A stretch of DNA of 64,000 nt from Asterias rubens (Eukaryota), in NCBI RefSeq assembly GCF_902459465.1, contig NC_047068.1:19530001-19594000 (forward strand), read 5' to 3'. Shown in pieces: positions 1 through 10,900 of this stretch (the first letter of the stretch is position 1; the number at the start of each line of letters is the position of its first letter). Below the pieces are notes generated by a model. It saw nothing but the letters and a program-made list of their open reading frames with translations. It was not told the origin of the DNA and ran no database searches. The position numbers were made by a program, and so were the translations under genes.

Positions 1-146
1 TCCCGTCCCTCATAATAATTAATATAAAGCAGCAGATAAATCAAATGTGTTAACACTACAGTGTAATGTCATATGCTTAGAATAAATTGGATTATCTCAG
101 TAGTAGATAGCTATTGACTTTCTAAATCCCAATTTATTTCAAGGTC

Positions 147-3100
147 ATGGCCGAAGCTTCTGCCCAACCAACTACTTGCTTCTCAGAGGACCTTTCCAAT
201 GAACTGAAAGCCCTTCGATCCATCTTTACTGCAGAAGGAGAAATCTCTGTGGATGATCTAGGGCCAGGAGGGGACTACTGCTTTGTGGTTCAGTTGAAGC
301 CCAGGGACATTGATGTTGGGTTGCAGTTTTTAATTCCGGGTAAGTTTGTTTTCTTCCTGACTGAGTGAGTGGCGGAAAACATAAGGGGCATCAATGTAAT
401 AGACTGTATTGAATAACCCCATTGTTGCTATGCAGCGTATGCGCGTCACAATCTCAAAAAGCGCCCTCACTGAGGTCAAAGGAGGCAAATCATCAGAGGG
501 TAGCTGTGCTTTGTGTGTAAAATACATACGTGCAAGACCTCAGCACCCCTATATCGTTTGGCTTTATGCAAGGGGTCTACATGTACATATTGTCTTTCTG
601 TATTGTGCACAGAAACCTATACTCGCACATTGCTTGGTTAAAGTGCAATCTAACAGGTGCATACAGAACATAAGGTATTAAAAAAAGAAAGTATGTAGAG
701 AAGTAAAGGCTATTTAGTATTTTGTTTGTGGATGGGTGATTAGCTAAGGGTGACACCGCTTAGTTTGTTCTTCGAGACATTCAGGGTTGGTGCCTTCATA
801 ACTTGCTTGGGCAGTGAATTCCACAGATGGGTGATGTCTTGGAAGAAGGAGCCTTTCAGTAAAGATGGTGTTGGTGAAACGAGGAGGTTCGTGTTATGTC
901 CTAAGGTGGATGAATTGGAATTAGCTGGTTGAGTTTGTTGATTACCTGGTACATCATTGTTACTTTGGAAATGGTTCTTCAATGTTGTGGTGGAACAAAG
1001 ACAATGACCTCTTAGTCTTTTTCATCAAGATTCAAGTATGATTCCAGTCTCAATGCAACCCCCCCCCCCCGATTTAGGCAGAGGGATGTGCTATGTGTGC
1101 ATCAGAGCATGTACTTTGACAACTATCAAAGGTGTCCAGTTCCTTTAGGGGGATGCAACTTTTTATTTCAATATCAAGTAATAAAACAGAGGGGCGACTG
1201 GCTGGGTAAATATTTAAATTCTGTTGTTTCTTAATTATTATCTGTAAACACATCACATTCATTCTTACAGAGTCGTATCCCAAGACCATTCCCAAGGTGG
1301 AGATTCTGCCGGAGGAAGGAGAGACTTGTGATCTCCACGATGATGATCCAGGCCTGACCCAGCTTCTAGAGGTCATGTATCGCTCAGCCAAGGACTTTGT
1401 TGGGGAACCAATGATGTACAGTCTGCTTGATGTGGCCAAGAACTGGCTGGAGGAATCTTCTACTGGAGGGGGAGGCCAGGAAGGAGATCTTAAGGAAGCA
1501 TCAGTCACAGGTATATTTGGAATTTGTTTTCTCTTCTCACAGAATGTGGTAGACACAAAACACACACGTCCACGAATTTACACTAAACTTAAGGTCCGGT
1601 CACACAGGCCCCGATAACGAGAACGCGAACGATATAAAAAATGCACGCCCTTGATTGGTTGAATGAGCGTGGGCGTATTCTGCATTTATGAAGCATTTTT
1701 ATCGTTATTGTTTTCGTTCTAGTTATCGGGCCTGTGTGATCGGGCCTTTACACAGTTTAAAGATAATGATGGTACAAATCTTAGGAGAAATGTGGGAATT
1801 TACATTCTTCTAACAAAATGGGGGGGGGGGGGGGGGTTATGTGATAGTCATTTTTCTCTAGTCGATCCCATAACATAACACTACAGCCAATTGTATCCCC
1901 TCTTCTCAAACTGATACTAGTTGTTTGGTGATTTGTTATCTTCTGTGCGACAAACTGTTATGTTGTCCTGGACATCCCACTGTTGTTTTACTTAAGTCTT
2001 TTTAAATAGTTTTAATGTGTGTACGTGTACGTGTGAATGTTTTGCCAGAATAAATGTTATTGTTATTATTATCATTACTATAGATGATGTCACCGAGTCA
2101 AGGATGATCCCTGGTGACAAGAAAGCTGTAGATGATGAGGATGATGGAGAGTATCAAAAGAAAGGCAAGGACAAGAAGAAGAAAACGAAGAAATGTTATG
2201 ATGAGGGGCTTGGTCCTGACAAGAAGCCTCGCATGAAGACAGCTTCTGAGGTGATCTCTCGCATTCAGTGGGACAGACAGCTTCGCCAAGAGGACTTCAT
2301 TGTCGGTTACCTTGATCGTTTCGTCGGCATCGTCGAGAAACTGTTCACAGCTTTCAGCTGGGTGGACGTTGCAACTGTAGATGATTATGAAACCCTGGCA
2401 ATACCTAGACACCGTATCCAGTATTTCAAGTACAAAGATCAGATTGTCTGGGACAAGACGCAACGACTGGATGATGTGTTTGGCTCAACAGGGAGCGGCA
2501 AGACAATCTTGAGCACTGTGGAGATGTTCTCCAAGGAGAATAAGAGCGTAGAGGAGAAAGAAGCTATTGAAGAAGCTGGACATGAAGCAGTTGGAGATGA
2601 AGAAACTGAGCCATCCTTGGAGGTTGTTGCAACACCTTGGCATCAGCCAAAAAAGAAAAACTTTAATCAGCCTAATTACTTTTTTGCTGTCCGCATCACC
2701 GACCATGTCATCAGAAGGTGTATATCAAGAATCCAGGATGCGGTGTGTGAGAACAATCCACTTCTTGAAGATGCACTTAGTAATCCATCAACTCTTCATG
2801 TCACCCTGTGCACACTGTGTCTTGACACACCGCAGCAGAAGGCACAAGCTGTGGACATTCTAAAGTCCCTCCAGCAAGAGATCTCCAGCATGCTGTCACC
2901 AGTCACAATGATGCGGTTTCAGGGTCTGGCTCAGTTTCACCAACGTGTCTTATACGCCGCTCCGGATGAAGACTCCGTGCATGCTCTCAGGAACCTCTCA
3001 CAGACTATTCTATCTGCTTTGAGAGACTCGGGACTCCATCTTGCTGGGAACCACTCCGAATATAATCCTCACTTGACTTTGTTAAAGTTGAACAGATCAG

Positions 3101-3264
3101 AAGCATCCAACTCCCCAATTTACCCAGATTTATACAAAAGGTTTCAAGACGCTTTCATAGGTGTGCAGCCAATCGATGCTGTACATTTGTGTTCAATGGG
3201 GGAGCGGAGCAATGATGGTTTTTATCAGTGCCTAGCAAGTATGGATGTTCAATCAGAACATTGA
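147..3264 (+). CDS. LENG9: LENG9-like protein: N-terminal RWD domain + MJ1316 (DUF504) domain + AKAP7-like 2H phosphoesterase; join(147..339,1271..1510,2084..3264), 537 aa; may have upstream exons outside the window
   Basis: GT-AG junctions keep frame (phase 1, phase 1) and rebuild the RWD signature LIPESYPKTIPKVEI. MJ1316-type segment MKTASEVISRIQWD...IVGYLDRF...IPRHRIQYFKYK. Two 2H motifs, LHVTL and PHLTL. An acceptor-like tttcaag lies 3 nt before the ATG, so the ATG exon may be internal. Confidence 0.88.
740..1050 (-). mobile_element. 3' fragment of a CR1/L2-group LINE ORF2 in intron 1 of the LENG9-like gene
   Basis: Minus-strand peptide GSFFQDITHLWNSLPKQVMKAPTLNVSKNKL matches the SFF..TI.LWNSLP..V..APSL..FK..L C-terminus typical of these LINEs. 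Confidence 0.7.
1592..1747. mobile_element. Harbinger-type MITE
   Basis: TIRs aggtccggtcacacaggcc / ggcctgtgtgatcgggcct flanked by a TTA target-site duplication; related to the element at 52538-52698. Confidence 0.75.
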
Positions 3265-4279
3265 ATCAAAGCTGTAGATTGTGTGCGAATTGGGGCTACG
3301 GCTATGGCTACAGCTGGATCACCGCGACAAAAGTTATTACGAATCTGACCCTGCAATCTCTGCAAAATACAAAATTTTATGCTTTCTTTCATTGTGCTGT
3401 GTACAAATTGTGCCTGCAGGAAGTGAAGGATCTGTGGTTATTCTCTAGCTTTGGGTTTGATTTGTGTGTGGAAGGTTAGGGGGAGGATTTCCCAATTATA
3501 ACAATGACCATCAACTATTGACTGTAAAGAATTTTTTTATTTTAAATTGCATACAGCCAGTCGGCATTAGTTTTTAAACAAGTTTATAGATTACCTCCAT
3601 TTTATTTTGAGAATTCTTCATTTCGGTGTCAAATTATCCTTGAGATTCTTATCTACATGTATGTTGGGCTTTTTGTCTTAAGAGGGATCGATTTCACAAA
3701 ACGGTTTGAATCTGAAATGCTAAGCGTGATGTAACAATGGCAATGACTTACTGGAAACTCATCTTAAGTTGAATCTCAGTGTTTTGTGAAGTCAACTTGC
3801 GATTTCACTTACTTTTCACTCCATCAAAACCGCCGAAACTGGTTGTTTAATCCAAAATCCATTGCAATACTTTTGATAACATTTTCACTATTAATATTTG
3901 TAACAAATTTGCTCATTGCAAATGTTGTAATTTTGCAAGTTACCTTAAAAGTAAAGAAATTAATTGCTTGAAGAATTTGTATTTGTGCTTATATAAGAGT
4001 AATGCGGGTACATGTATCTGTTTTTATAAATATGTTTTTTATATTAATACAATTTTAAGAAATAAATAAATAAAAATAAAGTATAAATTTGTTTAAAAAT
4101 TTGTTATTTTGACAGTGTCAGACATGAACAGATTTGACCAGAATTTAACTAAGTTTCAAATTCTCATTCTTATTCTGAAATGTTGATTTAAACATTATTA
4201 TGGATGGTCCTTTTTTAAAAATGTTTATGCACTGGCATGAAACCGATTAACTACTTCAGTTTAAATGCATTGAGCGACC

Positions 4280-4302
4280 CATGGCAACAAAATGTTGCCA
4301 TG
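4280..4302. promoter_or_regulatory. Inverted pair of RFX X-box half-sites upstream of CFAP52
   Basis: catggcaac-aaaat-gttgccatg, a perfect 9-bp inverted repeat of X-box half-sites, about 690 bp upstream of a motile-cilia gene. Confidence 0.4.
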
Positions 4303-4776
4303 AAAGTCAACCATGCATGCGACGACTGACGATGTTGCTGCCCTGGTGGGTTATTTCACACGTCACTACTTTTAGCTTAAAAAAAAAAACTTTTACCCAC
4401 CCCCCTTTGATGATTTAAAAATTAGAACGATAATTGATTAGCAGTTTGAAATCTGCCCTTGGTTTTCCTGTCAGCACTGTGTGATAGGCTATATAGTGCA
4501 ATCTTTATTTTTCTGAATGTTTGTTAAACACCCAGCTGTATTGACAGATGATTTAACCAAATTCATGATGTCTGCAAACTTTCAATTTAATAAAAGACCT
4601 CCCATAATTAGTTGTTTTAGTTTTTTTAGAATGGTAATTTAGCTTGTTTGCTATGTGAGTTTATTTGTGTGTGGTCCAGAATGCACGAGCGAGAGACTAG
4701 ATAAATAGCTGTTAAAAATGTACACAGCGCCACCAATTGTCTGAAAAAGTTTCTAATTTTCCCAAGATGCAATTGG

Positions 4777-4801
4777 AATCCCTTAGCAACTGCCTAGCTA
4801 C
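4777..4801. promoter_or_regulatory. Candidate proximal RFX X-box(es) of CFAP52
   Basis: aatcccttagcaactgcctagctac contains an agcaac half-site and an overlapping imperfect X-box about 180 bp before the ATG. RFX control of ciliary genes is established. Confidence 0.4.
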
Positions 4802-4973
4802 TCATTCATGCATGGAAAGTGAATGTCGTGCAAGGAGTGCGATTCAGCCGAGTTCCGATACACTGCCTTTTCGTATTTTGAGCGACGTTTTTCTCTCTTT
4901 AAAAGATAAGATTTGACTACAAATCAAACAGTAGGAGGCCTGTGTATTGGAAGTTTGAAGGAAAGGAAACACC

Positions 4974-7900
4974 ATGTCACAACAACAAAACGGCGACAAT
5001 GCAGTTCTCTCCAAACTTGAACTGATTTCTATGACTGGTTTCAATGGTAAGTCGCTTTACGTACCACCAGGTTACCACCGGATTAGGCTAACTTAGTCCG
5101 GACTGTGCTTGATTTGAAATAGGGATCTTGAACAGTTTTGATTTTGTGATAAATTACAAATGTGTTTATCTCAATGTGCTTATTAAACAAAGTGTATTCT
5201 GCAAAAACTAAGTTGTTTATTTTCCCGGTTCTTTTTGCATCTTCATAAAAAAAAAAAAATCTTTTTATTTTATTTTAATAATTATTTTTTAGTTTATTTT
5301 TAAAACAAAATTATCATCTCATTTAAATTTTGTTTGGTTGGGATCACAGTGACGTTGACTGGGTAAGACACGTTGCGACTAATGCGTCAGCACGATAAAT
5401 TCTAAAGACGGTAATCTGAAAATTGAACTGCAGGGAGGACGGGTCAGGGATCGTGGGACGCACTAAATACCGACAACTCACTACCCCTCACGACCGGTCC
5501 TACTACTTGCCGTCAACTCGCCGACTTGCCGTCAACTCGTCGTCAACTCATTTTTGTGCCGTCAACTCATTAAATTTACATGAAAAATTTATAAATGGGA
5601 CACGGAAGTGTTAAGTCTGGGCTAAACTACATATTTCTCATGGTTTTCGGTAAAAAATCATTCACAAAAACGACTTTGTGTTGATAGAAAAAAAGTACCA
5701 ATCATTGACATCTTGGACCAAGACTAATCAATGTGAAAAAGCAAGATGGCGGCCGACGGTTTTGCTGTTTCGAGATAATTTTTTCACGAGAAAAAAACTC
5801 AATTTTTATTCCGAAATATGACCTAAAACTTTCGCGAATTCTCTTTGAGCTGATACTTTACAGTTCTATGCTTCTTTTGTGGATTTTAAATGTATATTGG
5901 AGGAGTTGACGGCGAGTTGACGGCGCAAGTGAGTTGACGGCGAGTTGACGGCAAGTAGTAGGACCCCTCACGACAACTCACAACAAAAGTTTTTAAATGC
6001 TCTTTAACAGAGCATTTGATCATAATTCAACCGTTCAATATGTGCACAAGAGTCATATGCATCTAAATCACTTTCAAATACCCCGAATTTAGTAACGAAC
6101 GGAAATATTCTCCATGTTGTCTTTCGACGTACTTGGACGATTCTATTACACCGCAGGGGGCGAGGATTTCTGAGGGCTGAGTTTTATTTTTTCGTTTTCG
6201 TTTTAGCTGCTGATTTTTTCTTTCTTGTTAGTAACTTAGCCGTCACTCTGGAATTCGAAGTTTAAAGGAGAAACTTAAATATAATATTGTTTTAAACTCC
6301 ATGAGATACATACAAAAAATGGTAAATAATCATCTTGCATATTGTATCACCCCTGCGGTATAATAGAATTGTCCAAGTGCGTCGAAAGACAACATGGCGG
6401 ATATTACCGTTCGTTACTAAATTCGGGTAAAAAACACTTTTGTTTACAATTAAAAACACAACTTTTTCAACAGTTTGAAAATGATTTGGGTGCAAATATG
6501 ACTCTTGTGCATATAGTTAACGGTTGACTTATGTTCAAATGTTCTGTTAAAGTGCATTTAAAAATTGTTGTTGTGAGTTGTTGTGAGGGGTCGTGAGTTG
6601 TCGGTATTTAGTGCGACCGGGATCGTCACACTCACACCATTTATAGGTTTATCGCGAATAGCAAAATATCAAGAGAGGGCGCTGTTAGTGTTGAACCCAC
6701 ACAAAGATGTAGGCGATGCTTGCACTAGTCGTGCATGACAACATACACCGCATAGCAAACTGCCCCATATGCCTTCCCACAACACATTGCGGTTCTGAAT
6801 CGCAATAAACCTTATTATGTACGATACATAATGAAAATAAGTGAAATTTTGATTATGTATGTGCTGAGTAGTGATGATATGCTTAGTTTCTTATAAATTC
6901 TATTGTGCCAATTTATACGACCCTATTTCATGCACTACATGGTCATTTTCAATATGTTCATTTTATTTAAATTAATTTTTCTAATGCGTTTCCACTGCGT
7001 ACGCAGCGCGCTGAGCCGAAGCCAGTCCGAGGTTTGAGAAAAGCCCATGGTTTCTGCAGTGCATGCCCAATTGTTGTGGCAGGTGTTTCTATGCATTGTC
7101 ATTGTTGAGTACTAAGTTGTTCTGGATAGCGTACACTGTCTTTGATTTTAAACTACGAACAGTACGTGTTTTATGTCATGGCCATGGCAATTTTTCAAAC
7201 TCTTTTCATCATCTCCCATAGCTTGCCATGGCCTCCGTGTAGTTCTAGGCCTGCTCACTACTAAGTAATATAATATTAAGAAGGGAAGAACCCAAACACA
7301 GAAAAGAAGGTCTAACAGACGGCCAGATTTTCCTCCTGGCTAACACCATTTCTCATCAAGCAATGAAAATGTCTGCCGTTTTTTTCCTGTTACAGGTGAA
7401 GTGTTTGCCGGTTTCAAGGTTCATCCTGACAAAGAACACATCATATACCCCGTGGGTAACACAGTCATTGTAGAGCACATCACCAAGAATACACAGAACT
7501 GCTTGTCTGGCCACACCAACGATGTCTCCTGCATTGCTGTCTCCAAGGATGGAAAGTACATTGCTTCTGGACAGGTCACCTACATGGGTTTCAAGGTCAG
7601 TAGTAAAACTTACATAATATCAGGACTCGTAATAACCCACGGCGCCCACAGCAATTGCCATGGTGCCCTGTGCTTTTGCTGTGGTGCAATTTGCAAGGCT
7701 TCTGTATAAATGTACACTTTCCTCATAAAAAAAGGTGTCCCTATCACCAGAGGAAACTTGCTATGCCCCTTTAAGAGCGAAGTTCAGGGCCTGAAATATC
7801 ATCCAATCTCATCACAATTTGGCTGTCTGTTAGGCTTCGGAAAACAAGATGTTATCGGTTGAAGCATCTTTCTCATTTAGGACCTGATGAGGCGATTCAT

Positions 7901-10900
7901 TAAGAACATTTTGGCATTTCAAAAGAGTGCAGAGATGGTTGACTACTGCAATTTCGGGAGAATAACCATTTTCAAGAGCATGTGCAACCTGTGAAGTCTT
8001 TAGTCAAGGTATTTGTAACTGGCTTTGTATGCTGTCTTCTAATGCACTGGTTATACATTTGACCAAAAGAAGTCGTTAAAATTGTAATTTCAATGTGGTC
8101 TGCATTCGTGGCACTTTCGAGAAAATGTAAATGTTTAAACGGATGATCAGTTGGTTAAAACGGTATAACTGGAGCAGGCTTATCCCAACTGTTGGATTAG
8201 CCAAACTTTAGATTAAGTATCCGCCCAATTATAATTGAGACATACAGCATTAGAGAATGATTTCATGTCTGTGTTGTTAACTTGTTTGTTCAATATTTCA
8301 GGCTGATGTCATCATCTGGGACTTCAAGGAGAAAGAGCTCTACTGCCGTCTAGATCTACACAAGGTCAAAGTTCAATCACTAGCCTTCTCTCCAAGCTCC
8401 CGGTACCTGGTGTCGCTGGGTGGGCAAGACGATGGTAGTGTCGTCGTTTGGGACGTTGCGAAAAAGCAGTCGGTGTGTGGGTCACCAGCTGCCGTCATGA
8501 GCGCCGGGATGACATCTTGTATTGCCTACTGTAATAACGACGATCACCAGTTTGTCACAGCTGGAGAGTAAGTAATGTCTGTCTGTCTGTCTGAATCTTT
8601 GTACCTGAACAGGCCAAGTGCTTAAAGGAACACGTTGCCTTGGATCGGACGAGTTGGTCTATAAAAAGCGTTTGTAACCCTTTTTTATAAAATGCATATG
8701 GTTGGAAAGATGTTTTGAAAGTAGAATACAATGATCCACACAATTAGTTTGCCTCGAAATTGCGTGGTTTTCCTTTTACTGTGCTTTACTAACACGGTTG
8801 GCCATTTATGGGAGTCAAAAATTTTACTCCCATAAATAGCCGACCGTGTTAGTCGACGAGGTAAAAGGAAAACCGTGCAATTTCGAGGCATGTTTGTGTG
8901 GATCATTGTATTTCACTGGATCTGTCCTTTTAACCCACTCTAAAATGTAAAATGTTTATTTCTGTTAATATCACAGGCGTACCATCCGTGTGTGGACACT
9001 TGATGTGGCCAATCGTAAAATCCGTCCAGTTGACTGCAACATGGGGCAGCTCAAGCGTTATGTCAAGTGCATTGAGGTGTGTAGGTTTTGTTTTTACTAT
9101 ATATCCGCTTCACTAGTCAGAGTACATTTAAACACCAGTTCTGCCTAAAGCACGGCTCATACTGATTGCATTGAATAATGCGCAATGAATAATTCGCAAC
9201 AAAGAATTTGCAACAGTTAACTGTTAACAACATTCGCTGTGAAAACAGCCCTGTGATGTCAAAATTTTACTTAAAATTCACATTCACAGGAAGTAGAAAC
9301 CGGGACTAAGCTTAAAGACAGTGGTCACTATTGGTAATTGTCAAAGACCAGTCTTCACACTTGGTGTATCACAACAAATGCATAAAATAACAAACCTGTG
9401 AAAATTTGAGCTCAATTGGTCGTCGAAGTTGCGAGATAATAATGAAAGAAAAAAACACCCTTGTCACACGAAGTTGTGTGCATTCAGATGGTTGATTTCG
9501 AGACCTCAAATTCTAAATCTGAGGTCCCAAAATCAAATTCGTGAAAAATTACTTCTTTCTCGACAACTATGTCACTTCAGAGGGAGCCGTTTCTCAGAAT
9601 GTTTTATACTATCAACAACTCCCCATTACTCGTTACCAAGTAAGGTTTTATGCTAATAAATATTCTGAGTAATTACCAATAGTGTTCACTGCCTTTAAGT
9701 AGCACTTATTTAGCACTAGAAGATCAGGTAAAAGCTCCCAAGTAGCGTTATATAACATTCACTATTTACTGCATTTCAATTAAACACATCCCAACACATG
9801 GAAAGAAGACTTCATTCACTTAAATGTCATGTTCCCCACCTGAGAGTTAGTGAGAGTACAAACAAAGACCCTAACTTCTTGTTCATCTTGTTGCCGGTGT
9901 TGGGCGTAAAAGTGTTCTATGGGAAATCCCATGTATTGACCCCTTGCACGCACGTCACACGCAGTGACTGTGCCACGCTCACCATTTTGTGGTCAATAGA
10001 TTTACGTGTTAACGCCGCACCGCCTCAAATGCGGCCTTCACTGAATAAAGCACAGTGACATTGTCCACCAGTATGGCGCATCCAAGATTATTCTGATGAT
10101 GACGTCAGGTGAATCGGGTCAATACGAGAATGTCACAAAACAATCATGAAATGAATAATCTCAAAGCTAATAAATTTGTTGAATCTCTAAAGAATAACTT
10201 TTAAAGTGGGACATTTAATTATGCCTATCTTGCCCTTGTAGGTCTCCAACGACGATAAATACTTCTACTGTGGCACCACTAGCGGTGATGTTCTACAGAT
10301 TAATGTAAGCAGTAAGCTTCTGGGCATGTATGGTCCTGAGAAGGATAAATACAGCCAGGGTGTAACCTCCTTGGCACTGCTATGGACTGGGGAGATACTG
10401 GTGGGGGCTGGGGACGGCACTGTGGCTCTCGTCAAGGGAGACAAATTCAAGAAGATCAGGTAAGGGCTCCCAAAATGTTTTTAAACCATAACAAGTGTTA
10501 ACTCCATTGTATTCATAGTGTTCTTGGGCAGAATGGGTGTCTGTGGGTCTTTTGGACACCCTGTTTTTCTCCGAGAGATGAGTAGAGTATACTGTTGGAA
10601 ACGTTGAGACCAAACCGGCTCTTTTCAGAGCCAACACTCACTCATTAGAGATTTACACATGATTGTACCCGCAAGTTTACTATTTATTTATAGTTTCTTC
10701 TTATTTCTTCACACCATGCAAAGCTTCAAACAATATTTACCCTGTTTTTAATTCGGACACCCTATTTTTTCTTGTCATTTACATGTCAAATGTATTGCAG
10801 CTGAACAATTTGAAACCAAGTTTTTAAATTGCCAGCAAACTTTTATGAAATAATCTGCTTGTTAATTGAGTTTGCATGTTTTGATTGGTATGGTTGAATA

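Noticed and set aside
1819-1836. Long G/C homopolymers (also near 1060, 11825, 17660, 24955, 60715) as functional G-quadruplexes
   Set aside because: Simple runs of unreliable length in assemblies; no evidence of function.
7884-7910. ctgatga hammerhead core
   Set aside because: No downstream stem II-GAAA.
9429-9656. Recurring 60-80-aa ORFs such as MRDNNERKKHPCHTKLCAF (also 44665, 31962, 35035, 25572)
   Set aside because: Chance ORFs inside copies of the same non-coding MITE; no transposase motifs.
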